From Kudoa neothunni (lineage: Eukaryota > Animalia > Cnidaria): a DNA stretch of 64,000 bases. Under the pieces are notes generated by a model. It was not told the origin of the DNA. It ran no database searches and worked only from the letters and a program-made list of their open reading frames with translations. The position numbers were made by a program, and so were the translations under genes. Every line of letters begins with the position of its first letter. Within the stretch, counting starts at the first letter, position 1. The stretch is taken from NCBI GenBank assembly GCA_964304625.1, contig OZ199839.1, positions 9,405,779-9,469,778 of the forward strand, given 5' to 3'. Below are positions 1 to 14,839 of the stretch, piece after piece.

Positions 1-920
1 CTGGGTTAAATGTCCATGAGAGACTATAATATTACTATATAACGAATACACTCATAAATTAAATTACATAAATTAAGAGGCATTTTTGTCCACATAAAAT
101 GGCTCATTGAAATATCTAAAATAAAATATATTTACATAACATCTAACAAACAATAGTTCTAATATATTAATAATAATTAATTATTAAATAATTATGACGT
201 TTGCATTAGGCATTTTGATAATGTTTAATGATTTGATTCGATTCTTAAATAAATTATAATTCAAATATTGGAACTAATAGGAGCCCATTTTAACTACTGT
301 TGTTTTAAATTAATCAAACCCATATATTCTCACCATAGAATACTTCATTGGATATGTCCCTGTACGAACCTGTAAGAAAAATTTAGTGTATTTCTCAACT
401 GGTATATATATATATATATATTTTATTTCATATACTGTCGAAAAATACGGTTAGCGCTGGTGAGCAATAAGTCCTCTTTAATGCTATATTCACAAAACAA
501 GTTCCAAAAATGCCAACAAATACGACAATATTCTGATGGAGATAGTAGACGATAGTTGATGAAAACGCTGCCATACTGAATAATACCACAGCATAGGATA
601 TTAGCCATATTCCAATCGCTCCGAAAATACGTGCAGTCTCCATGGTTAACTCGTAATCTGCCTAAAAGTAACAAGTTATTATATGAGTACAGATATAAAA
701 TGATTCATTCAAACACCTACTGTTTTGAGTAATTCAAATTCAGGTATAATTAGTTCTGTAACACACATATATTTCCAACGTATGCGAATTATTTCCACAA
801 TTTTTCTATTCTTAAAAAATATCCATATTTAACGCATACAAACACAGAAGGTCTCCTTACTGTTATACCTCCAGCTACTAGACACCAAAAATTATGTTTC
901 CTAATGCTTCTTCTAATATG
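1..920 (-). CDS. 5' part of a spliced gene encoding a hydrophobic, probably multi-pass membrane protein (unidentified, runs off the left edge)
   Basis: Short GT-AG introns join ...RKHNFWCLVAGGITVRRPSVF / NRKIVEIIRIRWKYMCVTELIIPEFELLKT / ADYELTMETARIFGAIGIWLISYAVVLFSMAAF... in frame. Two hydrophobic stretches in ORF 428-643. Start and boundaries uncertain. Confidence 0.45.
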
Positions 921-1695
921 ATTTAAAAATAGATTTTTATGATTTCATTAAATGAATAGAATTTTGATTAATTACAATTTTGTAATATAATAATTCTAAA
1001 TACATATTTCTGTGCTTTCTTCTATGTATTAATTTATTTACTTATTATTATTGGCCTTTATAACGCAAAATATGCTTGTTTTCTGGAAATTTTGGTGTGT
1101 TTAATGTAGTTATTATAATATGACGGAAAATTGTTATCAAACTGAAAAATATAGAGTTTTTGATAAAGAATGGACAGATTTTTTTTCTCAACATAAAATA
1201 ATGTACCCTACAGATAATCATACGATGAATTGTCCATTGTTTATTATCCTTCTTTATATATATATATATATATAATAGGTATCTATCTGTATTTCCTCAA
1301 AGTGTGCATTTACGAAAATATCTTAACATTATACAAGAATCCTTGACACGTTTAACCATTTTTTTATTTTACAACTTTTTATCGTCAATGTAGAACCTCC
1401 TATAAATGTTATAGGTCCTTTATTGACGAAGATATAATGGCTTTATTCCGATGGCCTAATCAGCGGAGGATAAATTATTGTTATCGATTACCTTAAGAAA
1501 TCAAAATTGAGGGTTCATAAATGTGATTTCAATAATTTAGAGAATTATAATGTTTCGGTTATTATATGAACCTTATAATTTAAGCGTAAATTAATCTATC
1601 ATAATGATATAAGTTTACAACTGTTTGAACTATAAATTTATAGGTTTCTAATTATAATTTCTAGTCAATAATTCTTTTCAGTATCATTTTATATG

Positions 1696-2395
1696 CAGTA
1701 AGTAACCAACTTCACGCACTTTTTAAAATCCTATTTGGTTAGAATACTGATTTGTCATTGGTTATATAATATGTTTCTTATAATATTTCAATCAAAATTT
1801 TTATAAAAATTATTTCAAAAAGTTGCTAAATAACTTGACTACAAAGTCACGCGATTGGCCAATTCTACGCTCTTTTTTCGGGTACTTCTTGTTTATTATT
1901 TAGTTAAGTCAATATTTAATGCCATAAAACTGCCAATGTATAGAATTTTTAAATATTTATTATCTTGACTCCTAATGACATTCTAGAGATGAAAAATAAA
2001 ATAATCAAAACCTATAAATGTTTGCAGAATCTAAAGATAGAAATTATTTCCGTGCAGGACAATTTAATTCTGTTTATGAAGATGTATACGAGCGGATCGG
2101 GTGGACACAAAGCAGAAAAATTGTAGTAAGCGTTGTTACGAGAATCATCCAGAGAAATCAATTAGCCAAAGAAATAGGTTTATCTTCATGTTCAATTCGT
2201 GGAGGATTTCAGTGTAATAAAAAAGATCCATATTTAAATATCTAATTTTATTAATTATTCTGCTGATGCTAAGCCTGAAACTACTTCAGAGTGGATCAAT
2301 CAAATCAGAACATTTTTTGAAATATACTCCGAAAATTCTATTTAAAATGAAGACGAAACAGCTTATTCTACCGATAGCAACAAGAAGAGTATTAT
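1696..2395 (+). mobile_element. Degenerate pogo/Tigger transposon 5' remnant
   Basis: End sequence CAGTAAGTAACCAACTTCACGCACTTTTTAAAATC resembles the TIR at 39616. Broken reading frame gives ...ETTSEWINQIRTFFEIYSENSI*NEDETA (DET catalytic motif). Truncated where the SINE begins. Confidence 0.65.
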
Positions 2396-2402
2396 TAGCC
2401 GT

Positions 2403-2848
2403 GGACAAATAGCACATCGGTGTGACGCTCGGACTCATTATCTTGAGGTAATGGGTTCGAATCCGCCAGTGGTCAGACTACTGCTTCCGTGTCGGTGGAT
2501 GTCTATCCCATATTTGGGAGCTGTGGTTAAAGTGTACGCTCGCTGTAGAGTGGAATGTACTGTCAGCCAGATTTTCGTGAGGTGGGGTGAGCGTGAATAG
2601 GAGTTTGAATTTCCGGAACCCGTCGAAGGGTAAAATAATTTGCAGTTCCCACAGAGCCAACGCCCTTAAAGAGATAGGGTTTGGGATGGTGGTTGCTCCA
2701 AAACGAGGATGTTAGTTTAGCGGGTTAAAATCCCACATTACCGCCTAAACGTAAGTCGTCATATTATGGGAAGGGCCTAACCAGCCCAATTTCACAACCT
2801 AACAAGTTTTGACAGGGGTTTGGTCCAGTAAAACAAAAAAAATAAAAA
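2403..2848 (+). mobile_element. tRNA-derived SINE (tRNA-Met-like head)
   Basis: GC-rich island. Pol III A-box TAGCACATCGG (2410-2420), anticodon-like CTCATTA (CAT 2436-2438), B-box GGTTCGAATCC (2454-2464), about 350 bp non-tRNA body and an A-rich tail. Acceptor stem pairs poorly. Confidence 0.75.
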
Positions 2849-3406
2849 TTATAACTCAACAAAATATTATTTTAATTTTTTCTATTGGTTTACTATATGT
2901 ATTATTACATATTTTAATATTTTTTATCGAAATGTTCTACAGCCTCAGTAAAGTTAGGAATTCATTTGTTTACAAAAATATTCCAGTTACACCTTTTTAT
3001 TTTAAAATACTTTATCAAGTAATCACTTTATAAATTTTGAATAATTTTTTATTATTCTATGAAAAATTTTGAATCTAGTGCTAATGACATTGTTTGTTTT
3101 ATTTTATATCTAATCGAAAATTCATTAAGTCGTGTCATAATTATTTGAGCCATACATTTGAAACAATAAATAAAGATTATAAAATTAATAAAATCCAGTA
3201 ATAAGTTCGATACGCAATTAAAAATTTAAACTTAAGGAATAAAAATACGAGAAATTAAAATTTAAGTCCCATTTTAAACGCATAAACACGAGAATAATAT
3301 AATTATCATAGCAAACAATACAAAATATACTTTTCAAATTAATATTTAGATCAGTATATTTAACATCAGAAATATAGACCATTTTCAGTCATTTTAAAAT
3401 TTTTGA

Positions 3407-6221
3407 TTATATGAAACGCTTCTTCCGATAATTGACGGTCAAATAAATAAATGGAGAATAATATGACCAAAGTTAATAAAATTGCGATAACCCTAAACGA
3501 AATTTAAATATATATATTAAATATGATACTTTGCGTGCGTGTCGCTAACAAATTGAATTATTATACTTTGACAAAGTAAATTTACTTTTTTTTGGAATGA
3601 CCCACTTTACTACCTGAAATAGTTAAAAATGAAATTCACGTAATGTAATTAACAATATAAAATAGTTTTATTACCCTCCTCAATTTCAGCAACACCATAA
3701 ATTGAAGAATCGCTTTCCAAAATAACTTGCAAGTGATAGTCAGATTTGTTGGAAACAGGCGAAATGTTAAAATGAAGACACAAAGGAATCTGAACACATC
3801 CAGTCATGTTGATGGGAGTACATCGTTTAACAATATTTCTAATATCAATGGTATCCAAATCTGTAAGATACCACAAACATTTTGCTTTATTTTGATCAAC
3901 CCCAGGAGGGAGTGTTGTTTCCACCTCGAATAAATTTCCATTTCTCGTTATTTTTAATGTCAATTAATTTTGAAGCATCACTGATGAGCGGAGGTAAAGT
4001 TCCTAATAAACGTTTTTATTATACAAGACGCCAAAAACCGTAAAGTATCAATATTATTACTTGGACTCACGGTAATATTTTGTTTGTAGGAATATTGGAA
4101 CGATTTTACTTCAACAAAGTACTCTTCTGATGGTTTATAGTGGTGTGTAAAGACGATATTTGAGCAAAGAGGAATAATGGCACAGTGACCAACATCCTCA
4201 TTAATATCAGGACCATCATTCTCAGACATTTTAAACGAATAATTCATTTGTAACGGACAAATGAAAACCGGAAAATAGTTTCCAGCTGTAATTAGCCATA
4301 CTTTGTAAAAGCACTTGGCTTGTCGTAACTGAATATGTGACTCCTCTTCTGCCTTCAGCATGAAACCATTATCCGTGTATGTTTTTTTAAAATTAATATC
4401 ATTGTTTTCTAAATGTTATACTATTTATCCTATGGAAACATAATCGGGATAATACTTGTTTTAAATTTGAAAATGTGTAACCCGAAATAGTCAGAAGCAA
4501 CTACTTTTAGGTCATATTCGGTTGCTTCTTCGAGTGAATAGAGCAATGTCAACGTAGAGCATGGTTTCCTGCATGGATTCCCCAAATAACATACAGCTTC
4601 ATAATAAATATCTTTATTAGCTGGGCTGAGATAATAAGTGCATGATAAAGAAAACTCAGATATAGCAAAGTGAGGTTTAATATCAACGACTGCTTCGTTA
4701 TAATTTGTCAGAGCCACTTCAGATTCAACCATATAATTTATTATTGTGTCTAAAAAATTACTACATCAAACTAAATATTTGTTGTTATTACTTGTTCTAA
4801 TAAATAATTTCTCCGTAAATTCGAACCCCATTTTCTCGGTAACATTGAGAGCAATTATATATGGTCTCCCTGGATATAATTTAGTTAAATATTTAATACT
4901 GTAGCATTCTGTATCACAAACACCACCATAGCTACAAGTGGGTGGCTCTAATGTATCTAATAAAGGTGTGGGTTTGTCTGCTTCATATATCATTAATTCA
5001 CAACGAAAAAATTGGTCATCCCAAATAAAACCTTTTCAGGAGGGTGAAATTAATTTTTACATGAACAGACGATGAATCAAGGAATAGATTGTTTTGGGTT
5101 TGAAATGTTTTGATAATCACTAAAAACAAAAATCGAAGCTCAAATCTAATTAGAACATCAAATTAGTAGCATACCCAGCTTTGATTGACTAAACCCTCCC
5201 AAATTGTATCTAGTTCTTATCAAAACATCCACGATTGGCATATAACCTGCCATGAATAAGGTGACGTCATTACAGTAGCTGTAACATTTTCTGTCCTTTT
5301 TATTTCCACAATTTGACTGGTACATATATTTTTTGCTAGGAGACGCATCGCTTCCTTTTCTAATATTGAACTCACATATTTCTGGTTCGACTTGGTTGGA
5401 GAACTTCAAGCTATATCCATCTCTGTTCGTTCCGGATGTGTATTCTACGTGAAACTGTCGCTGAAACACATCAATATGATTTCTCATATATGTGTTTGGC
5501 ATTATATAAAAGAAAAGGTGGATAGAGATTGCAATTAATTTTATAACGTGGGACCATAACGTGAAAATCAAGTATGATTCTTCTGTTTTTCTCAACCTCA
5601 TTGAAACCATAACATTTCAACGAATTACAAGAAACGTTACAAGAAGTGTCCAATTTTGAAATTTTTATTACTAAATTTGATTTTTTTAGTTCCTACTTTA
5701 TATTTTGGGTTAATAATTAAAGCTAAATATAGTTGATAACAGATATGTAGCATTCGTTTAGCATACGGATTGAAAACACCAAAAACAACACCAATGGTTT
5801 GGGGGTTGTGTTTTTTTCGTTTGGATAATCAATTTCTCTAACCAGTATATACTTGATCCTAGGGAGAAACTTTCTTATTTTTAAGGAAAATTTGTCTGAT
5901 TGGCATTTCGTGATACACATGTCATTTGGAGAAAGTGAATCATCCTCACAATTGGCATCATTATTAAACGTCCTTATTTTTTCGTCGACCACAGACAAAA
6001 AGCAATAATTTTCAAATATTTTTACATTCAGCTTTAATCTAAATTGATAATTAACAGACAGCATATACTTTATTGAGCCCGTAGATGAAAGTTTTTTTGG
6101 ACTTTGCAAGCAATAAAAAGTTCGTAATGGAACCTTAAAATAAATATTCTCATACAATTAAGAATATAAAATTACATAAAATAAAATATATGAAAATATA
6201 TATTCAAACTCGGATGAACAT
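3407..6221 (-). CDS. Cys-rich FN3-like type I membrane protein, paralogue A (10 exons; several 1-nt frameshifts and a TGA in exon 1 as assembled, so pseudogene or assembly error)
   Basis: ORFs 5723-6157, 5158-5653, 4766-4993, 4430-4732, 3978-4361 and 3649-3963 are colinear with paralogues B-D. Micro-exon 3530-3544. TM VIAILLTLVILFSIYL followed by RKKRF after a 1-nt frame correction. Confidence 0.8.
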
Positions 6222-7767
6222 TATTAATTATATCGACAAATAAGATTATTTGGATAATACTTATATTAATAATTTAATATGGATAAATGACACAACGTGA
6301 ATTTGCCATTAAGTGAAAATAATGTCGGTTTATATTAACTTAAAAAATTACATTTAAGTCTATTGATTAAATTCTTAAATAAATATACCACCTATTATTT
6401 TCAGTCTTATATTTTAAAATTCTACATTATTTAAAGTTTTATTTTATTCTATATATACACTTGAATGTTAGTTATGAAATATTTTGAAAAAATAATATTA
6501 ATTTGAGAATACATTTAATTTAAAATATAAAGATATGTTTCTATAAATGTATCGTTTTCTTTACAAAAATTCGTCTAATTAGTCTCAATTAAAAACGTAT
6601 TATATTTAGTTACTAATTTAATTCTTTGTTTATTATATTTTTAACCGGAATTTAAATATATATATACATATAATTCCTATATTATTTTTTGATATTTTTT
6701 CATTGATAAAATATTATAATTAAAAAATTAAAAATTATACTCATTTGGATAAATATACTCACGTTTTCTTGCGATTAAGGCCGAATCAGTAAAAAAACTA
6801 TACTTTGACTGTAACTACAGTCGACAACGCCTAGGTCACTTTCGAGAGAATGAATTGAATGGGCCAATCCAATTGGATTAAATTTAATCATTTCAATGCC
6901 TGATATGTGTGAGCAATATAAATTAATTCTTTGATGATTTACGATTTTTTGGTTTGAATAAAACAATAAAATGTCAGTTATATTTTAAAATAATACTGGT
7001 ACATGTTTAAGTATATAAATTTTGACATTAATTCAAATATTAATGGAAAACGTAGATATTTACCTATATGTGGTTTCCTCTTTGTATGTAAAACATTGAA
7101 TACAAAAGATTTGTAAAAAAGTCTAAATTTAAGTAAAATAATTTTATATACATTAAAATTTATTAAAAATCAATAATTTTTTTGTTCCATTATTTTATTC
7201 ACAATCCTATAAAATAAATGAATCCATATTATTTATATTATTATAACGATACTTTTATTTATATTCTTAAAAAAATAACTTTTATTATTTTAATGATAAA
7301 TAATATATTTTTTCTATAACTATTAACTGGCTAAAATCAATGAAATAATTTATTAAAAATATTAACGTATATTAATATTCGGTTTTATTTCAAAACTTTT
7401 TCCTCACTTTTTTTACTCGTTATCAGTATTTTAAATAATTTGGATCCAATTTTTTCAAAATAATGTTGTTTCTTATTTTTTACTATAAAATTGTGGATTA
7501 ATATATATATATATAAATATTGAAATGAGTTAAAAATTAAATAATTTAATAAAAATGAATAAAACAAAATTTATCTTAATGATCATCTAATGATTTTAGA
7601 TTTTGGGGTAAATTTTACTTCAAGCCGATTTTGTATTCATTATATCTTTTTAATTCGTCTATTAAATATCACGAGATTTTCAATACTCCTAGATCTTGTA
7701 ATGATTTACTCTCACAAAATAAATTCAAAAAGAACTAATGAAAATAAAAAGTTTTACTGAAATATTA

Positions 7768-9143
7768 TCCTCTAGTGTTTTTTTGGGTAAAATTTACCTT
7801 ATTGTTTTATTATTGTAGTAAAAAGAGGATTATGTAAATAATCAAATGTTACATTATTAGTTAAATCACACGAGTAGATTTGACGAAAACAATGAACAAA
7901 ATCACTAGTTGGGACAATGCGCATGTGCAAGTAGCGCATAATTCTAGTGAATGGCGCGAGTGATTTCATTAAAGAATATACCCCGCATGGAAACGAATAT
8001 GACGATCAAGTTATTTATAAAAGTGATATAACAGGCGACGAAATAGATATTAATTATAATAATTTAAAACGTAAAAGTGGAATTATTTGGAGCTTATCAA
8101 AGTCATCTACGAGAAAACCCTGTGCATACAACATAATGAGTTTCATCCGTGATGTCATTTCGTATGTTGTATCCAAAATAAAATCATTTATTCATTGGTT
8201 TTTGTTATCCTTTATCTCAAAAATAGATAGTATTATCATAAAGTATGCAAAAATATGCTTGGAAATCATTATTTCAATGATGATCGACAAGATGCCAATG
8301 AAACTGAATTTAAAGGTTATGTAGACCATCTAATACTAACAGCTATTCATAAGGATAGACAAGTACCACTGACAATACTGTCATTGATGCGTCTAAAAAT
8401 TTAAAACCTCATACGACAATGCGTTACAAAGCAACCAAAGATGGGATTGATAATGTGGATAGAATGTTGGCATAAATTTCTACCCAGATGTTTAAAAGAA
8501 GATAGCCGTTTATCGTCTTTTCGACATGAGTGAAATTTCGTTGAATAATGCGTTTGCATAATTAAATGACATACTTAATTCAGAGAAAAAATTAAGGAGA
8601 AACTTTTTGAAAGAGATTTCTAATAAATGTACAATCAATTGTAAACTGAATCTCCAGAAAAGTTATCAAAAAAAATTTAAATAAATCTGATATTCGTATA
8701 ATGATCCAATTTTAAATAAAAAACACGCTGAGATTATTGTGAAAGATAAATGATCAGAGAAACTCTAAATGGTGTCATAATTGTTGCAGGTTTTATTTCT
8801 TCACTCACGTGTCGAAATTCTTTTGAATTGCCAAGGTTAATTGCTGTTCTTATTTTTGTCTCTTGTAATTTTTTTATGAGTCTTTTATTAGCCGATAACA
8901 TTACTTTTATTTTGTAACTGCTTAGGAAAAACGTCGATATATCCCAGAAATGTCATTATTGAGATTAGTTTGAGATTACTTGGCGTACTACATTAAATAT
9001 TCCAATGATTCTACCCCTTGAAATTTAACAATATTTTGTATCCTCCATTTAATTATTATTTACACACATCGGAGCAATATAAAAGTGGTGTAATTTTTAT
9101 CCAAAAAATGTTACAGGGGTACCTTTTTGAGATAGTTAGAGGG
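7768..9143 (+). mobile_element. Internally deleted, degenerate piggyBac element
   Basis: Right end TTAGAGGG|TTAA and degenerate left end TTAT-CCTCTAGTG. ORF 7947-8324 resembles a piggyBac N-terminus. Downstream remnant reads TKDGIDNVDRML...KRR*P (TKGGVD..D...RRWP motif). Confidence 0.75.
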
Positions 9144-9311
9144 TTAATAACCTAACATATATATATATATATATATAGCTACTAAAAATAGAGATTTGAT
9201 AAAATACAAATATTAGCCAACAAAAAATAATTTGAATATTGAATTTTTTTTAGGATTAGCACTAATGACGTAGAAGTAATGTAACGTTGATTTTTTCGCC
9301 CAACTAATTAA

Positions 9312-12107
9312 TTAATGGTTGGGCAAAATCATACGTTTCCTCCAAATTAACATTAAATACGTAATCGAAAAGAGTAGAACGAATGTGAATAAAATTACGA
9401 TTATCCTAAAAATAATTTTAAAATTCAAAAATAAAAAAAGTACCTCAAATTCTTATTCCTATATAAAAAAATTAATGATTACGAAGGAAGGAAAATTTAC
9501 CCAGCATTTGAAGCTGCAAATTTATTATCTATATTATTACATAAAGGTCGTGTAAAAATAACCGGTGCTGAAATTACCTATTATTATTATTTCGGCAATA
9601 CCATAAATTGAAGGATCCTTTGCCAGAATAACTTGCAGGTGATAGTCAGTTTGCGTTGGAAACGGAGGAAATATTAAATTGTTCGCATGTCGGGATCTGT
9701 ATGCAACCAGTTATGTTGTCCATTGTACATCGCTGAGTTATTTTTCTTGTGCCAATCGCATTCAAATCGCTTAGATTACCACCAGCAATCTCGATTTAGT
9801 AGAATCCAGCCCAGGAGGAAGTTTTGATCCTACTATCAATGTATCTCCATATCTATTAATTGAAACTTCAATTATTTTTGTTTTATCGGTTTGCAATTGT
9901 GGGAACGATTCTAATTTAATTTTAAGTAATAAAAGGCCAAATATTAACAGATATAATATTCTATATTTCTACTTGGATCTACCGTAAGATTTTGTTCGTA
10001 TGAAATTTGAAATGGTAGTATTGCTATAAAATATTCTTCCGTAGGATCGTATTGATGGGTGAAGGTAATATTATTACAGTGAGATACAAAAGAACAATTT
10101 TTTACATCGTCCATGTTTAATACATCTTTTTCCATTATTTTAAAAGCATGGTCGATAACAGACGGACATCTGTAAACTAGCACAAAAATTTCACCTTTCT
10201 TTTTCCAAATTTTGTAGTAACATTGTTTTTGTAGTAAATCAGGACTTGTATTATTGATTTCTGCATAAATCATAAAGCCATTATCAATAAATACTTGTTT
10301 AAACTTGATATTATAGGCCTCTATTAAATATGAACGTAAAATATAACAGTTATTCTTGTATTTACTGGTTTTAAAGTTGAAGGTATGTACACCAAAACTA
10401 TTAGAAGATATAACTTTTAAATCATAATTAGTTGCTGGTTGGAGCGACAACATATAAGTCAACGTAGAACATGGTTTTCTGCATGGATTAGCGAAATAAA
10501 CATTCTGCCTCATAAAAAACTATCCTCACTTGCCCTACTGAGATAATACGAGCAAGTTAATGAGAAATGGCTTGTCAAAATATTCGGCTCAATATAAAAT
10601 ATTCCTTCGTTTAGATTAATGGAGGCTATTTCTAACTTGGGTTGTAATTTTTCCACAGGAGCTATCAAAACTATACAAAAATTTTAAAATAACAATTACT
10701 TGTTCTAAAAAATATTGTTTCTATGAAAGTGAAATTGGTTTTCTCAGTAACATTTAAGGCAATTATATATGGTCTTCCAGGTGATAGGTTAATTAAATAT
10801 TTTCGTTGATAACAATCAGTATCACAAGGAGAATTATCATTACAAATAGCCTCTATAAACGACGTAGGTGAGGGTTTGTCCGCTTCGTGTATCATTATGT
10901 TACAACAAGATAAATGACTATCTTGAAAAAAACTTCTCACTAGGGTCAAATCTAGTTTAACCCCAAATGAAGAAGGTTCTATCAATGGCTCTCTATATGT
11001 GTCGAAATTTCGGAAAATCACTAAAAATATATTATTTATGTAATTTCGATAAATACTAGATAGTATGGCGATTTACCTACTTTAGATAAATTAATTCCAT
11101 GATACTTACGTCTATTTTTAATCGTAATCTCAACAATAGGAGTATAACCTCTCATAAACAACGATACTCGATTACACGGAGCATAACATTCGCCCGCCTC
11201 ACTGTTACCACAATTTGATTCATATTGATATTTGTTGTGGTGGGATGTGTCGCTTCCGTTCCTAATACTGAATTCACATATTTCTGGTTCAGCTTTGTTG
11301 GAAAATTTCAGTTGATACTCTGCTTTATCAACTCCGGGTTTATATTCTACGTGGAATTGTGGCTGAAAAACAGCTATATTTTTTCGCATATACATATTTG
11401 GCATGTGGTAATAGAAGGGTGGATGTTCAATGCAACTCATTTTGTAATACGTTATTAACATACTGAAGTCCAGTTCGAATGTGTCAAAATCGTAAGTCCC
11501 GTTCAAACCATAGCATTTCAAAGAAGCACAAGAAACTGAACAAGTGTATTGTTTTTTAGTTATTTTCAGCATCAATGATGACTTTTTTGTATTTATTTTA
11601 AATCGTGGATAGATCAAAATGGCTAAAAAAGTATTATATACAACATAATTAATCATGGTTACGGATAGTCAGACCGAAAACGATTGCACCCTGCACTGTT
11701 GAATCAGCGGAATTTATATTATCAATTCCCTGGGTTAAAATGTATTTTAATCTTGGATACATTTTTGAAATGCCCAGTGAATAACTTTGTCCTTGGCAGT
11801 TCGTAGCACATATATCCCTTTGATGAACTGATTTATCGCTGCAGATATTTTCCTCCGAAAACCTCATTTGATTTTCATTCGCCATGCTCAACTGACAAAT
11901 AGATTGTTTTATCCCAATTCTAATGTTTAGTCTCAGTTTCAGCCTGGAACCAGTGCATTTATATTCAAGCACATCTTTAGCTTCTTCGTTCTGATTAGTT
12001 ACCATATGAATGCATATAAAAATAAAATCTAATATACAAGAACAATTAGTTAAACATTAAATTAAGTTCTTACAGACTACAATGAATTGGTAATATGTAA
12101 AAATCAT
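9312..12107 (-). CDS. Cys-rich FN3-like type I membrane protein, paralogue B (frameshifts near 10500-10540 and 9650-9800 as assembled)
   Basis: Spliced signal peptide MIFTYYQFIVVYFIFICIHMVTN. ORFs 11649-12005, 11036-11656, 10671-11021, 9944-10513. Micro-exon 9444-9458. TM and tail IIVILFTFVLLFSITYLMLIWRKRMILPNH*. Confidence 0.85.
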
Positions 12108-12460
12108 TAATATTAATTAATTGTTAATAATAATATTATATAAATTAAATATACTTATTGCCTTAATAATAAGCGTCGTGATTAATCATAATAAATCTAA
12201 CCAAATATAGTCATTAATCCTAGTAATTATTTTAATCACATTATATGTAATTCTTTATTAATTTGTTAGTTTAAAAATGGTGTCACAATAACAATAATAA
12301 ATTATAGAATAATAAAATTAGCTTAAAATAAGAAATATTAAGAATACTTCCTATTAGAAAAAATAATAGTAAAATTAAAGATAAATATTTTATTTTCATG
12401 GTAATTAATTTTATCACAGGCTTGTTTACCTTTGAATATCAAAATTATAATGTTTTGTCA

Positions 12461-13462
12461 ACCGTCTAATGTATTAAAAATCGACTGTACTCCGACGAAT
12501 TTGGGGAAAAAAATTACCCCAGTTTTATATTTCACCATTCGTGCCATAAAAAATATTTTATTTCAGAAAATAAAAAAAAGGCATAATTCCATTGTTAGAT
12601 TCAGCTGTAAAACAATTAACATCCTAGTAGTAATCCTCATAATCCTAGGAAAACTGTATTCGTTAAAATCCGCAATGACAATTTTTGATTAAAACTTAAT
12701 GTTTGAGTAAATTTCACATTTTTAGCATTAAATAAATATTTTAATTATTATTTGCGCAACAAAATAGAATATTGATCATTCATTTGATATACTGAGTTAT
12801 AACAGAATAGATAAGATTGAACTCTTAGGATTTTGGGCATTAATGTAGTTCCTTTTAATTAATGTAAACATATAGTAACTTCATCATATTTTAAAAACTT
12901 TTCTCATACCATATTATCTCACAAGTTTTTTTGTAACTGAAATATGCATTTATAAATAATGCATCCATAAAAAGGAGAAACACCACCATTGGGCGTCATT
13001 ATTGATTACCGATTGTGGATTGACCCGAATTCTCAAAATTTTCAATCTCGTCAGATTCTCACGGCATATCAGTTGTAAAGTATCCATAATCACTTTAAAC
13101 GAATTTAATTCTTAATTTTAGTTATTATCGGTGAAATCCATCTCAATTATAGCAATGTTAAAAATAAATAAGGACGTCACGTGATCATTAGCATAGGTAA
13201 TAACCGTATAACTACAAATTTATCTATCATATCAACCTACAATTAGACTTACATAATAATTATTACATTATCTATCAATTGAGTTGAAAAAAATCTGGAG
13301 TAATTTTTTACCTCAAAAATTCATTGGTGTAATCATGTTATAATTTTTCTGATTTTATAATTTTAATCATAATATTTTAAAATCTTATATCAATAATTTT
13401 TTTGGATGATTACAAACAAATTCGAATCGTATGAAAAACAAACAAATCACATATACAACCAT
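12461..13462. mobile_element. Non-autonomous piggyBac derivative lacking its right TIR; copy of 20759-21892
   Basis: Colinear, same-orientation similarity to 20759-21846 along its length. Degenerate left TIR CCGTCTAATGTA. Confidence 0.8.
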
Positions 13463-14839
13463 AATGTACTTCTAATCACATTAACTTAAATAATAAAATC
13501 CTTTATTGACAAAAGTCGGTGTTAGCCAAAAAATCGATTCACTTATTATTAATGTGCATTTCAATAGTAATTGCAAAATAATAATTAAAGAAATTATATT
13601 TAATTCACTATAAGTCTAACTTGTTTCTGCCTCGACGTATTTTACTAGAATTTATTAGTCTCTATGGTTAGGTTTGTTATTTTGGGAATAATTAATATAT
13701 ACAAATGATATATTAACTCATTATCTTCAATTTATAATACCAAAGTTATGCTCTTCGACAAGTTTATTTGAAATCAAATTTAGCATCACAGGAATTATTG
13801 TTTTATTTTTAATAAATTTAATTGGATTATATAAAATGTCCCTCAGATAAATATTTTTAATCCCCAGGTAGTAATTTTTTACAATAAAATTAATTTTGAA
13901 ATATTACTAAAATAAATATATATATATATATATCCGCCATATAAATTTTATAAACATTATTAAAGCATTTGTGAATTTCATGCGAGTTAACATATGCTTA
14001 ATTTTAAGTATAAAAAGTAGAATTCGAATATTTATGATAAACTGTATTGTTTGAAATAATAAACAATTTAAATCATATACGCATAGTTGAGCTAGTTAAT
14101 AATGCAGTATTTACGATATTTAAAGTAGACATGAATAAAATATGCGAAACTTTGTCATAAAAATTTTATTTATTTTTTCGTTATTAAAAATTCTTTTTTA
14201 GTATATTTTGAATGTTTTATTTAAACAAACTTAGTTCTTAATTATTTTATAATAAAATTTAAACAAATAATACACTTAATTAATGCTGCTGAGGATTATC
14301 GAAGCATAACAAAGCTTTTCTGTCTTTGACATGAGTTTTAATGCAATTATATTAAATATTTATTTCATATTACTTAAATAAAAATATTTTTAAATTATTT
14401 TAATCATAAAATTGTATTAGCACTAAATTTTTCTATTTTTAAGTGGAATAATTGAATTTAGACAACTTTTTTTTGTATTTTCACAGTTAAAATTTTGTTT
14501 GTTTTACTTTAATATAAGAAATAATTATCATGAATTTTTCTATTTTTCAGCAAAATTTCTAAATTATTTATTTTTAGCTTTTTTATGAACATAATAGTTC
14601 ATAAAAATATATTCAGGGATCTTTAGGTAAATTAAACTGTAAATAATCATTATGAGTTTTCTTAGTAAAATATTAAGCAATCTTAAACAAAACCGTTTTG
14701 ATAAAATTAAATACTAAATTTTACGCTCAACATCTTCAAGTAAACAAAATAATATAGAGAAATTGATAAGAATATAATAATTTAAATAGTTAAAATCGAA
14801 GCACTTATGTATCTTCGAAAAATACTTTCATCTTGTTGG

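Noticed and set aside
1290-1560. Possible Helitron/PIF1 helicase remnant (IDE..M and GG.II-like fragments)
   Set aside because: Only a few residues match, with stops; not supportable without a search.
2403-2474. Functional tRNA-Met gene
   Set aside because: Acceptor and D stems pair poorly, no oligo-T terminator follows, and it continues into a body and A-tail; better explained as a SINE head.
11225-11400. Recent gene conversion between paralogues B and D (shared VFQPQFHVEY...AEY.LKFSNKA)
   Set aside because: The nucleotide sequences differ at many synonymous positions; purifying selection or shared ancestry suffices.
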